Below, one piece after another: positions 1 through 8,640 of a DNA stretch of 64,000 nucleotides; position 1 is the stretch's first letter, and every line of letters begins with the position of its first letter. The DNA is from an uncultured virus (IMG/VR IMGVR_UViG_3300020200_000018) (taxonomy: Duplodnaviria; Heunggongvirae; Uroviricota; Caudoviricetes). The stretch is taken from IMG/VR virus record IMGVR_UViG_3300020200_000018. The stretch is one strand, 5' to 3'. A model generated the notes under the pieces. It did no database searches, was not told the DNA's origin, and saw only the letters and a program-made list of their open reading frames with translations. Made by a program: the position numbers and the translations under genes.

Positions 1-90
1 AAAACTCGCCACAGGATCGGGATCAGTCGTTGCACAACCAATCATAGACACCAATGACCAGAGCATCAAGACGACCAACAGACCGTCCAT
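1..90 (-). CDS. Partial putative lipoprotein (runs off the window edge)
   Basis: Manual translation MDGLLVVLMLWSLVSMIGCATTDPDPVASF...: hydrophobic stretch followed by lipobox-like MIGC. Start position uncertain. Confidence 0.35.
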   Translation of the reverse strand, partial: MDGLLVVLMLWSLVSMIGCATTDPDPVASF

Positions 91-206
91 CAGCAACCTA
101 TTTCTTTTTTGTTCTAACACACTCATATTTCTTTTTTGTTCTAACATATTCATATTTCCTTTCGTTTTATCGGTCCGCGAGGACCTGAGCAATACCAAAG
201 CCCGAC

Positions 207-240
207 TGTGCCCAGTAACCGTAGGTGGCTACTGGGCACA
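207..240 (-). terminator. Stem-loop downstream of ORF 248-754
   Basis: TGTGCCCAGTA (207-217) and TACTGGGCACA (230-240) form an 11-bp inverted repeat just past the stop. No clear U-tract. Confidence 0.5.
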
Positions 241-247
241 ATGAACC

Positions 248-754
248 TTAAGCACTGAAGAGCGTTGCAACTGCGGCTGCTGTTTCAGGTGTTTTGCCTG
301 ATTTTACTTTAGCGCCAAAGGATCCTTTGGCAAGCACTTCAACTACAGCAGCTTTGCTGTTACTAACCTTCTCTCCTTTTTCCACTTTTGTTATTTTCCA
401 AGCTTCACGAAACTTAGCTGGAATGGCTTTTGTCTGTGGTACGTTAGTCGTGATAGAATTCACGTACTCCGCAGCCTTACGGCCGTTGCGGACCACATCT
501 AACTTCAAGCCAGCATAACGGGCAATCCAAATGGCATGCCGCGCCCGCCTGGTTCCGCCTACTTTAGCGGATAACCCACTTAATGTAAACCGACCTTTAC
601 CAGCCACAAGCAATTCGCGTACAGCCGCAAGGCAGAGCGCCGATGTTTTGGTCTCGGTCGGGGAAAGAGGATTCAATGCTTTCGGCGTTTTCGCCGGTTT
701 CTGTTTAGGTGTTGCGGTGGCTTCAAGCACATCCGCAGTCATATCTTTGCTCAT
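248..754 (-). CDS. Basic Lys/Ala-rich hypothetical protein, possibly DNA-binding
   Basis: 168-aa ORF with GGAGG Shine-Dalgarno upstream and a consensus sigma70 promoter at 925-953. Confidence 0.6.
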   Translation of the reverse strand: MSKDMTADVLEATATPKQKPAKTPKALNPLSPTETKTSALCLAAVRELLVAGKGRFTLSGLSAKVGGTRRARHAIWIARYAGLKLDVVRNGRKAAEYVNSITTNVPQTKAIPAKFREAWKITKVEKGEKVSNSKAAVVEVLAKGSFGAKVKSGKTPETAAAVATLFSA

Positions 755-924
755 AATAGAGCCTCCTTAAATTTTGGTTAGTCACATTCAAACAAAACAA
801 CATCATCATCATTTTCTTAACATTCTTATCTCATACAGTGACCTCCGTTTATGTAAACCTTAATAAATGCCAACACCGTCCCTCCAATAAAAATGAGAAA
901 GATAGTGCCCATATATCTTGGCTT

Positions 925-953
925 ATTATAACAAACCTGCATCATTTTGTCAA
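925..953 (-). promoter_or_regulatory. Sigma70-type early promoter
   Basis: TTGACA-17 bp-TATAAT, perfect consensus on the minus strand. Confidence 0.8.
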
Positions 954-1099
954 TACCAGAGCCACAATTCCCTAACTATATGAAATATTGAGCCCCTGTA
1001 ACAGGCATAACCCGGCCACAACGGGTCAACGTGGCAGCCCTTAGCGATGCCACCGAGGCAGACTTAATGGCGGCTCCAATAACCTCTAATCCTGTCCTT

Positions 1100-2254
1100 T
1101 TACTCATAATCCCGAACTCCTAAACCGACGGGAAACCTAGGCTTGCCATCTTCTGACTTTCCTTGGTACCGTACACTTAATTCCCTACCCACGTACTTTT
1201 TCCAATTCCTCCATTGTTCACGGCGGTACTCGTAAGAGCCACGGCAACGGACTGAAAATTCTCTTTCGGGTCCTGTTTTGCCATTCCCGGCATCACAGGT
1301 AAAGATAGCGGTTCCTTCATCTTTTCCTTCGCCTTCTACTGCACCAAGGATTTTGAATTCGGCATCATCGAAGTCTTTTAACTTGAGGAGTTGGTTTGAC
1401 CTGAATTCATAAACATAGCCATCTGGTCCACCGCTACGGACTATCGTACCCTCATACCCATCGGTTACAAATTGCGTATGGTACTGCATGACCTCACTTT
1501 CATCTTTGGCTTGGTAAGTCTGTACCTTAATGGCTAGGCCAGGTTTATAATCTTTGCGTTTCACAAAGCGGTCTGTGAACGATTTGCCCGTATCAGGTAC
1601 GTCATAATTCCAAAACCTAACGTACTGTTTGAGGCCGTTCCAATCTGGCTGTTTCTCCTCCTTAACTAAGGAAGTCAATTTTTGAAATGAAATATCACCG
1701 TGGCAATAGGCTTCACCATCAAGACGTTCGCCAACATCCATGATTGTCACCATGAAAGGTGTTAAGAACGAAAGGTTCTTATAGGGTTTATTTTTGCGGC
1801 TGGTGTAAACCACTTCTGTTTTAGACACACGGGTCGCTATAACACGCACCCCATCTAGCTTCGGCTGCACCCAAACTGGGTAAACCAGTTTATGCTTCCG
1901 CTCGTGGAATTTATTGGCCAGCATTGGCAGGAGGTTAGGTCCAACCGACTTCTTTTCTTTTCCCACACCTTTGGCCAAAGCCTTTAGGTCGGTAACGTAA
2001 TTCTTGTCTTGTTTCCGCTTCCAGGTGCTTTCGGCTTCGGCGGCAGCTTGCTCAAACGGCGTAGTTTCATTCACCCGCCCGAGGTTTTTGCCCTCCTTCA
2101 CTTTCTTAGTAGCTAATTGCTTCTTCCCACCCTGGGCGCCATGTTCTGTATAGATCACCGCTCCCTGGGAAGCTTCCTCAATCCAAATGCGCCATTCTTT
2201 AACTGTGCCCCTAGAGGCTAAGCCGTAAAGTTTTGGAAATTCTTTTTTCTGCAT
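1100..2254 (-). CDS. lig: ATP-dependent DNA ligase with N-terminal extension
   Basis: Motif I QPKLDGVR, LDGE, EGTIVR, LLKLK, C-terminal OB-fold ending KPRFPV. Confidence 0.93.
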   Translation of the reverse strand: MQKKEFPKLYGLASRGTVKEWRIWIEEASQGAVIYTEHGAQGGKKQLATKKVKEGKNLGRVNETTPFEQAAAEAESTWKRKQDKNYVTDLKALAKGVGKEKKSVGPNLLPMLANKFHERKHKLVYPVWVQPKLDGVRVIATRVSKTEVVYTSRKNKPYKNLSFLTPFMVTIMDVGERLDGEAYCHGDISFQKLTSLVKEEKQPDWNGLKQYVRFWNYDVPDTGKSFTDRFVKRKDYKPGLAIKVQTYQAKDESEVMQYHTQFVTDGYEGTIVRSGGPDGYVYEFRSNQLLKLKDFDDAEFKILGAVEGEGKDEGTAIFTCDAGNGKTGPEREFSVRCRGSYEYRREQWRNWKKYVGRELSVRYQGKSEDGKPRFPVGLGVRDYE

Positions 2255-2267
2255 TATCTTTCCTTTT

Positions 2268-2492
2268 TTACCGTATCCGTATCGCAGAACCCATCACATC
2301 CGCAGCATACACATCGCCCATTTCACCATTAGGCACAATGGGAGTTTTTACAAGACAAAACCACCTAGCATACGGTTTAGTATCATCCGCCTGCCATTTC
2401 TTTAAGACGTACCACGTCCAAGAGCCGTCATGGGACTCCCAGATTTCATAAGCTTGTTCTTTTTTTACCGTTTTGCCACAAAGATTTTTCAT
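2268..2492 (-). CDS. Hypothetical protein
   Basis: 74-aa Trp-rich ORF with AGGAG SD, in a gene run. Confidence 0.65.
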   Translation of the reverse strand: MKNLCGKTVKKEQAYEIWESHDGSWTWYVLKKWQADDTKPYARWFCLVKTPIVPNGEMGDVYAADVMGSAIRIR

Positions 2493-2535
2493 ACCTTCTC
2501 CTTCTTATTATAATTTGACTGTGCCGCTGTTCGGT

Positions 2536-2809
2536 TCAATGTACACATTTCGAATGAATGGCCATCCTGGAAGTGCAATCCATCCACTGTTTAATTGTGA
2601 GTCTTGGTATATTTTGATAATAAATTATTATACCCATCATGCAGGTGGCAGAGCAATAAGTAAATGGCATACCCTGGAGCTCCGGAGCTACTGGCGTAGA
2701 CCAACGATTCCACAACCACGATTTAAAATCCCGGCATTCAGTTGGGCGCACCCAATGAATCCGCCAAGATAAATTGTTCTTATCGGTCGAAATGTGTACA
2801 TTCATCATC
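2536..2809 (-). CDS. Hypothetical protein, paralog of 5285-5515
   Basis: Shares the W-x-I-x-WVRPxECxxFKxWLW motif with the ORF at 5285. AGGAG SD before the Met run. Confidence 0.55.
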
Positions 2810-2834
2810 ATTCTCCTTTTAATTAGTGTGATTG

Positions 2835-3083
2835 TTAACGCCATTCAACGATTCCGATTCCAATACTGTCGGGGTTTTTAGATTTTTTCAAGTGAACCCT
2901 AAACCAAGAACGGGCATGCCGTTCAGCAGCAAGCTTTGTTTGTCTCCAACTAATTCTCCCATCAGGAGTCAATATCAGGTAACCGTCAGAGAATCCAATC
3001 CCTGCATCACGGTCGCGCCAGTATTCATCATGTTCAATGATAATTTTTCCTTGTTTTGTTATATTGTCCTTCATCATTTTCAT
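2835..3083 (-). CDS. Hypothetical protein
   Basis: 82-aa ORF in a tightly packed minus-strand run. Confidence 0.55.
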   Translation of the reverse strand: MKMMKDNITKQGKIIIEHDEYWRDRDAGIGFSDGYLILTPDGRISWRQTKLAAERHARSWFRVHLKKSKNPDSIGIGIVEWR

Positions 3084-3091
3084 TTTTATTG

Positions 3092-3349
3092 CTACTTTCT
3101 TCTGAATGGGAACGGTGATCTATACAGGTACTTGTTATACAGGTTCTTATCAAAATCAAACTCATTCTCAAACTGGAAAAACCAGCCTCTTGACTCGGCA
3201 TCTGGCAGGGAAATTTTCCAGTCCCCTACGGTACTTGCCCAAGAATTTAAGCGTTCTTCATAAAGTGGTCCCTCACGTTCAATGACAAGTGTTCCGCGTT
3301 TCGTTATTATATTGATATTGGCCTTCCTCATTTTATTGCTCTTTCTCAC
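3092..3349 (-). CDS. Hypothetical protein
   Basis: 85-aa ORF in the minus-strand run. Confidence 0.5.
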   Translation of the reverse strand: MRKSNKMRKANINIITKRGTLVIEREGPLYEERLNSWASTVGDWKISLPDAESRGWFFQFENEFDFDKNLYNKYLYRSPFPFRRK

Positions 3350-3530
3350 GCTCCGTTGTCATCCAGTTACGGTAAAACACTAGATGCCTGGGGCAGAAGT
3401 AATATGGGGCACCATTGAGATAAATCGCCGCAGGCATTAGCGCCGATCCATAATGCCGTGACGCCTCGCGGTTTACAGCACATTCCTCATAACAACCAAC
3501 AGCATCACAAGTTTGCAATGTCATATTCAC
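3333..3530 (-). CDS. Small Cys/His-rich hypothetical protein
   Basis: Starts just after the AAGGAG SD of the repeated promoter cassette. The ORF track's longer N-terminus is cassette sequence. Contains CDAVGC...C...FCPRH. Confidence 0.55.
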   Translation of the reverse strand: MNMTLQTCDAVGCYEECAVNREASRHYGSALMPAAIYLNGAPYYFCPRHLVFYRNWMTTEREKEQ

Positions 3531-3531
3531 G

Positions 3532-3678
3532 TTCTCCTTTTCTCCATTCATCTTGACTATACTATACCATAAAACCAAGATTGGTGCAAGGATTATTATT
3601 CGCGTAACTACGCAATTTTAAAGGGGTTTTAAGAGAATGGCGTAACTAATTGATAATATTGGGGTTTATTTTTATGTG
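3532..3678 (-). repeat. 147-bp promoter/RBS cassette, copy 1
   Basis: Identical to 4889-5035. Contains an IHF-like box (TATCAATTAGTTA), TTGCAC-17-TATAGT and an AAGGAG SD. Confidence 0.92.
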
Positions 3679-3916
3679 TTATTCTGCTTGGTTGGACCGT
3701 GCAATCTGGATAGGGTTGTTATCGTCGCTATTTTCGCCTTCCCCACTTGCCGCGTATACTGTTCGGCCCGTTCGCGGGTGTAGAAAAAACGCTCCACTGT
3801 CTGCAAGAATCCAGGATAGGAAACTCTAAAGAATGTCATGGTTTTAATTCCCCCTTGTTGTCCTAAGCTTGTTTATGACCCGCGTACTGTACATTACCAT
3901 GGTTTCCATCACACCC

Positions 3917-4582
3917 TCATTTTATTGCTCTTTCTTGGTTGGACCGTGCAATCTGGATAAGCTTGTTTATGACCCGCCCATGCGCTGGATAAGCGATAAC
4001 CGCTACATCTTTGCGGTAACAGGCATCACAAGGACCGCACTTCCCACCGCGGCTATATGCGCCACAAAGATACGCCTCAGCCGGGGCTTCATTTGCTGTC
4101 GGCACAATTACTGAACCATGTAAACCCGGCGTATAGTTTCCGTCAATGCTATCGGCAGAATACCGCACCGCTACATTTGGCAGAGTTGCGATTTGTTCTA
4201 AGATATGGCGAAATTTTGCAATTTTGTAGGAACGGGTCGGCAGCCAATGCCGGACCCAGGGAGTCTGTTCAATTACCTGTTTAATTTTATTGGCCAAGGC
4301 AGGATGGTAAATGTCACCGCTATCAAACCAACGGAAGAGGACTTCCTTCTTCAGGGCTTTAACCATATCTCCCACCCAATTAGCATCGCGCCACGCTTCT
4401 CGGTTTGCTTCCCGGGCTTGCTTGACAACTGGAAAAACATAAAATCCTGTCCGTGCGTAACAACCCGCACAGGCTGGAACGGCGGTACCATTCTTATCAC
4501 GCGCTCCTGGGCACGTTTCCCATGCGGCCAGGCTCCACGATTTAGCATTTAGTTTTGAGGTTTGTGAAAGATGGTTCATCAT
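3917..4582 (-). CDS. Phage GP88-like Cys-rich protein (possible Fe-S / radical-SAM-related)
   Basis: WSL..TCPG..CAGCYA, FRWFDSGD, HWLPTR, C-terminal CxxCxxC pattern recognised as GP88-like. Confidence 0.65.
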   Translation of the reverse strand: MMNHLSQTSKLNAKSWSLAAWETCPGARDKNGTAVPACAGCYARTGFYVFPVVKQAREANREAWRDANWVGDMVKALKKEVLFRWFDSGDIYHPALANKIKQVIEQTPWVRHWLPTRSYKIAKFRHILEQIATLPNVAVRYSADSIDGNYTPGLHGSVIVPTANEAPAEAYLCGAYSRGGKCGPCDACYRKDVAVIAYPAHGRVINKLIQIARSNQERAIK

Positions 4583-4593
4583 GTTTTCCTTTC

Positions 4594-4884
4594 TTACACA
4601 ACCATACTTTTAAAAAGGTTCATTTGTAATTCCTCAAGCACCACTGGTTGAACCTGATTTTCTTTAGCACCTAAGAAAGAATGGTGGATAAGAGGTTTTT
4701 CGATTCCTCTAGCTAGAAACCATTCTTTGAGGGCAGACAATTCTTTGTCAATAAACATAAAGGAGGCAACTCCTCTACCATTGGTGGCTTTCTCTATCCG
4801 TTGTTTTCGTAGGTGGTCAAGGTGGATTAACGCACCATAAATACCCATACTTTCAAATTTGTCGTTGTAGCTTCTTTTTCTCAT
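4594..4884 (-). CDS. Early hypothetical protein carrying the 'YxDKFExMG...IDKEL' domain
   Basis: Starts after the cassette SD. Homologous by eye to both repeats in ORF 59610-60125. Confidence 0.7.
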   Translation of the reverse strand: MRKRSYNDKFESMGIYGALIHLDHLRKQRIEKATNGRGVASFMFIDKELSALKEWFLARGIEKPLIHHSFLGAKENQVQPVVLEELQMNLFKSMVV

Positions 4885-4888
4885 TTGC

Positions 4889-5035
4889 TTCTCCTTTTCT
4901 CCATTCATCTTGACTATACTATACCATAAAACCAAGATTGGTGCAAGGATTATTATTCGCGTAACTACGCAATTTTAAAGGGGTTTTAAGAGAATGGCGT
5001 AACTAATTGATAATATTGGGGTTTATTTTTATGTG
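4889..5035 (-). repeat. 147-bp promoter/RBS cassette, copy 2
   Basis: Identical to 3532-3678. Confidence 0.92.
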
Positions 5036-5108
5036 ATATCCTGAAGAAAAACAATAGGTTATGATATTGAAAGATAAGAGAGGGATTTTGAGGTAATTAA
5101 TAAACCGC

Positions 5109-5224
5109 TATACCTAAAAATGAATCATTCATTTATACCTAAAAATGAATCATTCATTTATACCTAAAAATGAATCATTCATTTATACCTAAAAATGAAT
5201 CATTCATTTATACCTAAAAATGAA
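5109..5224. repeat. 25-bp tandem repeat, 4 full copies plus a partial, each with an internal palindrome
   Basis: Unit TATACCTAAAAATGAATCATTCATT. Contains the inverted repeat AAATGAAT-C-ATTCATTT. Non-coding and AT-rich. Confidence 0.95.
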
Positions 5225-5284
5225 AGCTGGAAGATTGTCAATTTCGCTTCTTGCGCCGACGCTGTATCTAGAAGAGGTGGTTTG

Positions 5285-5515
5285 TCAATTAATTTTTAAT
5301 TCCTTGGTATAATCTAATGTTATGCCCAAGATGCGGGTAACACTATAGAAAGTTCGCGTCTGGACGAAAAGATTTTCTACGTCAGCAATCATCATATCAG
5401 CGTCCGTGGCGGTGCCACATCGATAGAACCATAACCAAACTTTAAAATTCAGGCATTCATTGGGACGCACCCAATAAATCCATAACGTCCAATTCTTCTT
5501 ACCAAATTTGAACAT
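5285..5515 (-). CDS. Hypothetical protein, paralog of 2536-2809
   Basis: WIYWVRPNECLNFKVWLW versus WRIHWVRPTECRDFKSWLW. Confidence 0.55.
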   Translation of the reverse strand: MFKFGKKNWTLWIYWVRPNECLNFKVWLWFYRCGTATDADMMIADVENLFVQTRTFYSVTRILGITLDYTKELKIN

Positions 5516-5553
5516 CGTTATTTCTTAGGGCCCGAGCAAACAAACCTTACATT

Positions 5554-5949
5554 CTACTTTTTTCTTTTTTTTTTGTTTTTTAATTTTCTAACTTGTTTCT
5601 GATAATCACGAATCACTTTTTCTTTGCGAGCAATATCCTTAAATAACGTACCAATCAACAAGTTGGGCCCCATCGTCTGAGGCCATTCACTCCGCGGTTC
5701 CTTTCGGAGAAAGTTCCAGGGAGCCATCGCCTTGAACGCCGATCCCATTACAGTAAATGGTTTAATTAATAAGTTGGCTTTTTGCACTATCCAACGGGTC
5801 GATTGATAGCGAAATACACGCAGGCGGTATCCATAGCCGCGGAAGATTTCAAGAGTTTTGACCCGTAATTGCTGAAGGCTCGATGTTTGCTTATTTTTCT
5901 TTCTATCTTGTAACATTAATCTTGCTCCTTTTCTGGTTAAGTATATCAA
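5554..5949 (-). CDS. Basic hypothetical protein
   Basis: 131-aa ORF overlapping the stop of the upstream gene. Confidence 0.55.
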   Translation of the reverse strand: MIYLTRKGARLMLQDRKKNKQTSSLQQLRVKTLEIFRGYGYRLRVFRYQSTRWIVQKANLLIKPFTVMGSAFKAMAPWNFLRKEPRSEWPQTMGPNLLIGTLFKDIARKEKVIRDYQKQVRKLKNKKKRKK

Positions 5950-6320
5950 GCTGCACCTTTTGTAAGCGCAATCGCGTTAGCCACATACCGTCGGCGTTCT
6001 TGGAGGAGGGTGCGCCACCGTTCTGCTGAAAACCCGATTTCTTTACAACACCATTCAAACGTAAATGGTATGTTCCAATTATCTTCTTTATTGTCCATTA
6101 GCCAATTCCATGCATCAATAATTTCAGGTGCTAGGATTTTAGTTCCTTTTACAATCCGATATTTGAGGACAGCACAATCTTCCAACGCTTGGTTGATAAT
6201 AGCCTCAATTAAACGCTCTCCGGATTCAAACCCCACCGATGGGCAAAAGCCAAATAGGTCCTCATCCTGTTCCTTGTCGCAATCAAATTCACGATTATCT
6301 TCTAATGTCTTTTTATGCAT
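5946..6320 (-). CDS. Hypothetical protein
   Basis: 124-aa ORF with AIINQALED...AWNWL...FTFEWCC pattern. Confidence 0.6.
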   Translation of the reverse strand: MHKKTLEDNREFDCDKEQDEDLFGFCPSVGFESGERLIEAIINQALEDCAVLKYRIVKGTKILAPEIIDAWNWLMDNKEDNWNIPFTFEWCCKEIGFSAERWRTLLQERRRYVANAIALTKGAA

Positions 6321-6329
6321 AAAGGTAAC

Positions 6330-6608
6330 TTATTTTTTCCGGTCTTTGTCAATTTGTGGTAAAGGCGTCAATACTTGGCGCCGTACGGGTTCAGGTGCGA
6401 CCACTAATTTATCAGACTTTAAAAGGTATGGGGCCGGCGCATGGTTGATGCAAGCCAAACACATCCTAGCTTCTTGTACAATTTCGTGGCCGTGTGTTAC
6501 CGCTCCTTCATGGGAACGGTATGTAACGGTCCGCATGGAACGCACGACGGGAAGGGATGGTACGCGTGGCGGCGAGATAGTGTGGCAAGATTCACAGACG
6601 AACATCAT
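6330..6608 (-). CDS. Zn-ribbon-like hypothetical protein
   Basis: Two CxxC pairs (CESC, CLAC). GGAG SD. Promoter-like region upstream. Confidence 0.6.
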   Translation of the reverse strand: MMFVCESCHTISPPRVPSLPVVRSMRTVTYRSHEGAVTHGHEIVQEARMCLACINHAPAPYLLKSDKLVVAPEPVRRQVLTPLPQIDKDRKK

Positions 6609-6768
6609 TGACTCCTATTGGTTAAAGTGGTCCCTGAATACTATTCTATTAATTGTACCATGACTTTGCATTGGAGTCAAGAATTATTTTATGGCATAAC
6701 CCATTGTTTTTACAGGGAACTTAAAAATAATTTATAACCTATTGAAAACATAGCGGATTTATAAATCC

Positions 6769-7170
6769 TTAAACCGGCCTACAACGACCGATCTCTGGCT
6801 GGCCAGTGGTATAATACACTTTAGATATCCCAGCCGCCCCTAGGACCTTCCAGCAGGTTGCACAGGGCCGTGCTAATTGGTACTGCCCCATCTTATCTAG
6901 CCGGACATTGAAGAAAGTATAGCGCGGCAAGCTAGGGCGGGGGCTATTCCGTAAGTGGGCCATGAGCCGGCGGAGGGCATGGATTTCAGCATGGCGGGTA
7001 TATTCTGAACGGTTAATCCGGCGGTCAGCTTGGGGATTAAGTTCTTTGTTCCATCCGACTGTGATAAGCCGTCCTTTAAGCAACACCAAAGTGAAATGCT
7101 TTGCTTTATCAACATTCGGGCGGTGGGCATATTTATCAACGACACGCCTAATGGCAGCATTCAAGTCCAT
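6769..7170 (-). CDS. Cytidine/dCMP deaminase-superfamily protein
   Basis: Zinc-binding HAE and PCxxC motifs (RHAEIHAL ... ARPCATC). Confidence 0.8.
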   Translation of the reverse strand: MDLNAAIRRVVDKYAHRPNVDKAKHFTLVLLKGRLITVGWNKELNPQADRRINRSEYTRHAEIHALRRLMAHLRNSPRPSLPRYTFFNVRLDKMGQYQLARPCATCWKVLGAAGISKVYYTTGQPEIGRCRPV

Positions 7171-7184
7171 GCTTTAGTGTACTA

Positions 7185-7421
7185 TTAGCCAGCTATTTTG
7201 TCAATGGTTAATAACAAATTAAACAAAGAATCTAGTAATGGTCCTATAATTGTGCCGGCACAAAACCCAATGCCAAAAAACAAACATGCTAACAGTAGAA
7301 TGATGATTTTCTGGAAAGTCTCAAGGGGAGGCAGATATCCAATAGGACGGTGTAAGAAATGCTTATCAACATAAGACGCAGCTAAAAATGAAAAATTATG
7401 GAGGCCATTGAATCGGCGCAT
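7185..7421 (-). CDS. Small putative membrane protein
   Basis: Hydrophobic segment IIILLLACLFFGIGFCAGTII. Confidence 0.45.
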   Translation of the reverse strand: MRRFNGLHNFSFLAASYVDKHFLHRPIGYLPPLETFQKIIILLLACLFFGIGFCAGTIIGPLLDSLFNLLLTIDKIAG

Positions 7422-7523
7422 TATGGCCCTCCGCGTCCTCCATCTTTATAGATACAGGCCGCCATAATAAGCATGAGGAATAACATAAATGTAAATTGGA
7501 CAATAGGATGCATAGGGTCCTTA

Positions 7524-8216
7524 CTACCAGGGAATATTGCTATACGTGCAATATAGAGTATTGGTGGAGAATAATGTATAGACTCCGCTGTTTTCCGGAA
7601 ACACAAATATAAAGGATACATCCGGATGCTTTGTGGTTAACCAATTGAGGAAGTGTAGCCGGCCTGGAGTATCAGCATGGTTAGCCCTAGTTTCTGGCCC
7701 ATAATTTAGACTGCCGTCAAAAATATTCGATACGGCTTGGTCTGGCGTAGTAAGCAAAAAATCAAAACCAAAACAAAACAACTGCGTTTTACCATGGTTA
7801 ATAGCAAACCGCATAGCTGCCATACCTGCGTTCATCCGCGGACGGTTTGGGTTGCATTCCGCAGGCTCCCAACAATCATTATCCTCTGGAACCAGGAGGC
7901 GCGACAAAGGAAAACATAAATTAGGATCAGAATGGATGCCGCGTCTGATTTCATTAACCATACCTTTATCAACGGCAACAACATAATCTGGATAAGGATG
8001 GGTGATAGGATGGTAATTTCTATGAATGCCATTGCAGCCGTAAGTTATAATATGGGATGGTATTTGAGTAATAGAGAATTCGAGGCGGGAAGTACCATTA
8101 CCAATGATAGCCGCAGCTTCTCCCCAATCGGTACGGTAATAGTTAAAATCGTCCGCATTGGGAATATCTTTAACTACATCATTATTCCCATCTTGTAATT
8201 CTGAATATAAGACCAT
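7524..8216 (-). CDS. Hypothetical protein with Rossmann-like IIGNGxSR / YGCN / GFD motifs (DUF115/GT29-like fold)
   Basis: AAIIGNGTSR...TYGCN...PDYVVAVD...FGFDF. Confidence 0.6.
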   Translation of the reverse strand: MVLYSELQDGNNDVVKDIPNADDFNYYRTDWGEAAAIIGNGTSRLEFSITQIPSHIITYGCNGIHRNYHPITHPYPDYVVAVDKGMVNEIRRGIHSDPNLCFPLSRLLVPEDNDCWEPAECNPNRPRMNAGMAAMRFAINHGKTQLFCFGFDFLLTTPDQAVSNIFDGSLNYGPETRANHADTPGRLHFLNWLTTKHPDVSFIFVFPENSGVYTLFSTNTLYCTYSNIPW

Positions 8217-8219
8217 GTC

Positions 8220-8639
8220 CTACCATCCGATAGTAAGTTTTGGAAATGCTTTCTTGACTGCTTCTGGATTAATTTTGAGTTTCTTGTCTTTTACACGCAA
8301 AACAAGGAGCGCATCATCAGGATCAATATTCTCTAGCATTTGAATAAAGAGTTGTTCCCGTTTGAGTTGTTTAACCTGTAACCCTTCTTGGCTCGCTACA
8401 AAATAAATGAATTTACGGCATTCTTTATAAAGCCCTCCCTCATAGTCACTAGCCTTAGCCGCTGGTTTAAAGGGAGGAGCCCCTTCCGGAAGGAGCCATT
8501 TAGTATTTGGATTCATACCAAAACCAACAATGTTTTTCAAAGATGTGGAGGAATGTTTCAGGAGGAGGGCTGTCTGTTCGTCCACGGTTTTAGCGGCTTC
8601 AATACGTTCAATAATTTTTGAAAGGGCTTCAATCGCCAT
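8220..8639 (-). CDS. Conserved T4-like hypothetical protein downstream of RNase H
   Basis: WLLPEGAPPF...KREQLFIQMLE motif and synteny as in T4-like marine myoviruses. Confidence 0.7.
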   Translation of the reverse strand: MAIEALSKIIERIEAAKTVDEQTALLLKHSSTSLKNIVGFGMNPNTKWLLPEGAPPFKPAAKASDYEGGLYKECRKFIYFVASQEGLQVKQLKREQLFIQMLENIDPDDALLVLRVKDKKLKINPEAVKKAFPKLTIGW

Positions 8640-8640
8640 A

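Noticed and set aside
3531..4935. Shared N-terminus MVLWYSIVKMNGEKE of ORFs 3333-3578 and 4594-4935 as a protein motif
   Set aside because: It is the translated promoter/SD part of the 147-bp repeat. The real starts lie downstream of the SD.
5109..5224. Possible CRISPR array
   Set aside because: The units are directly adjacent and identical with no unique spacers, and no cas genes are present.
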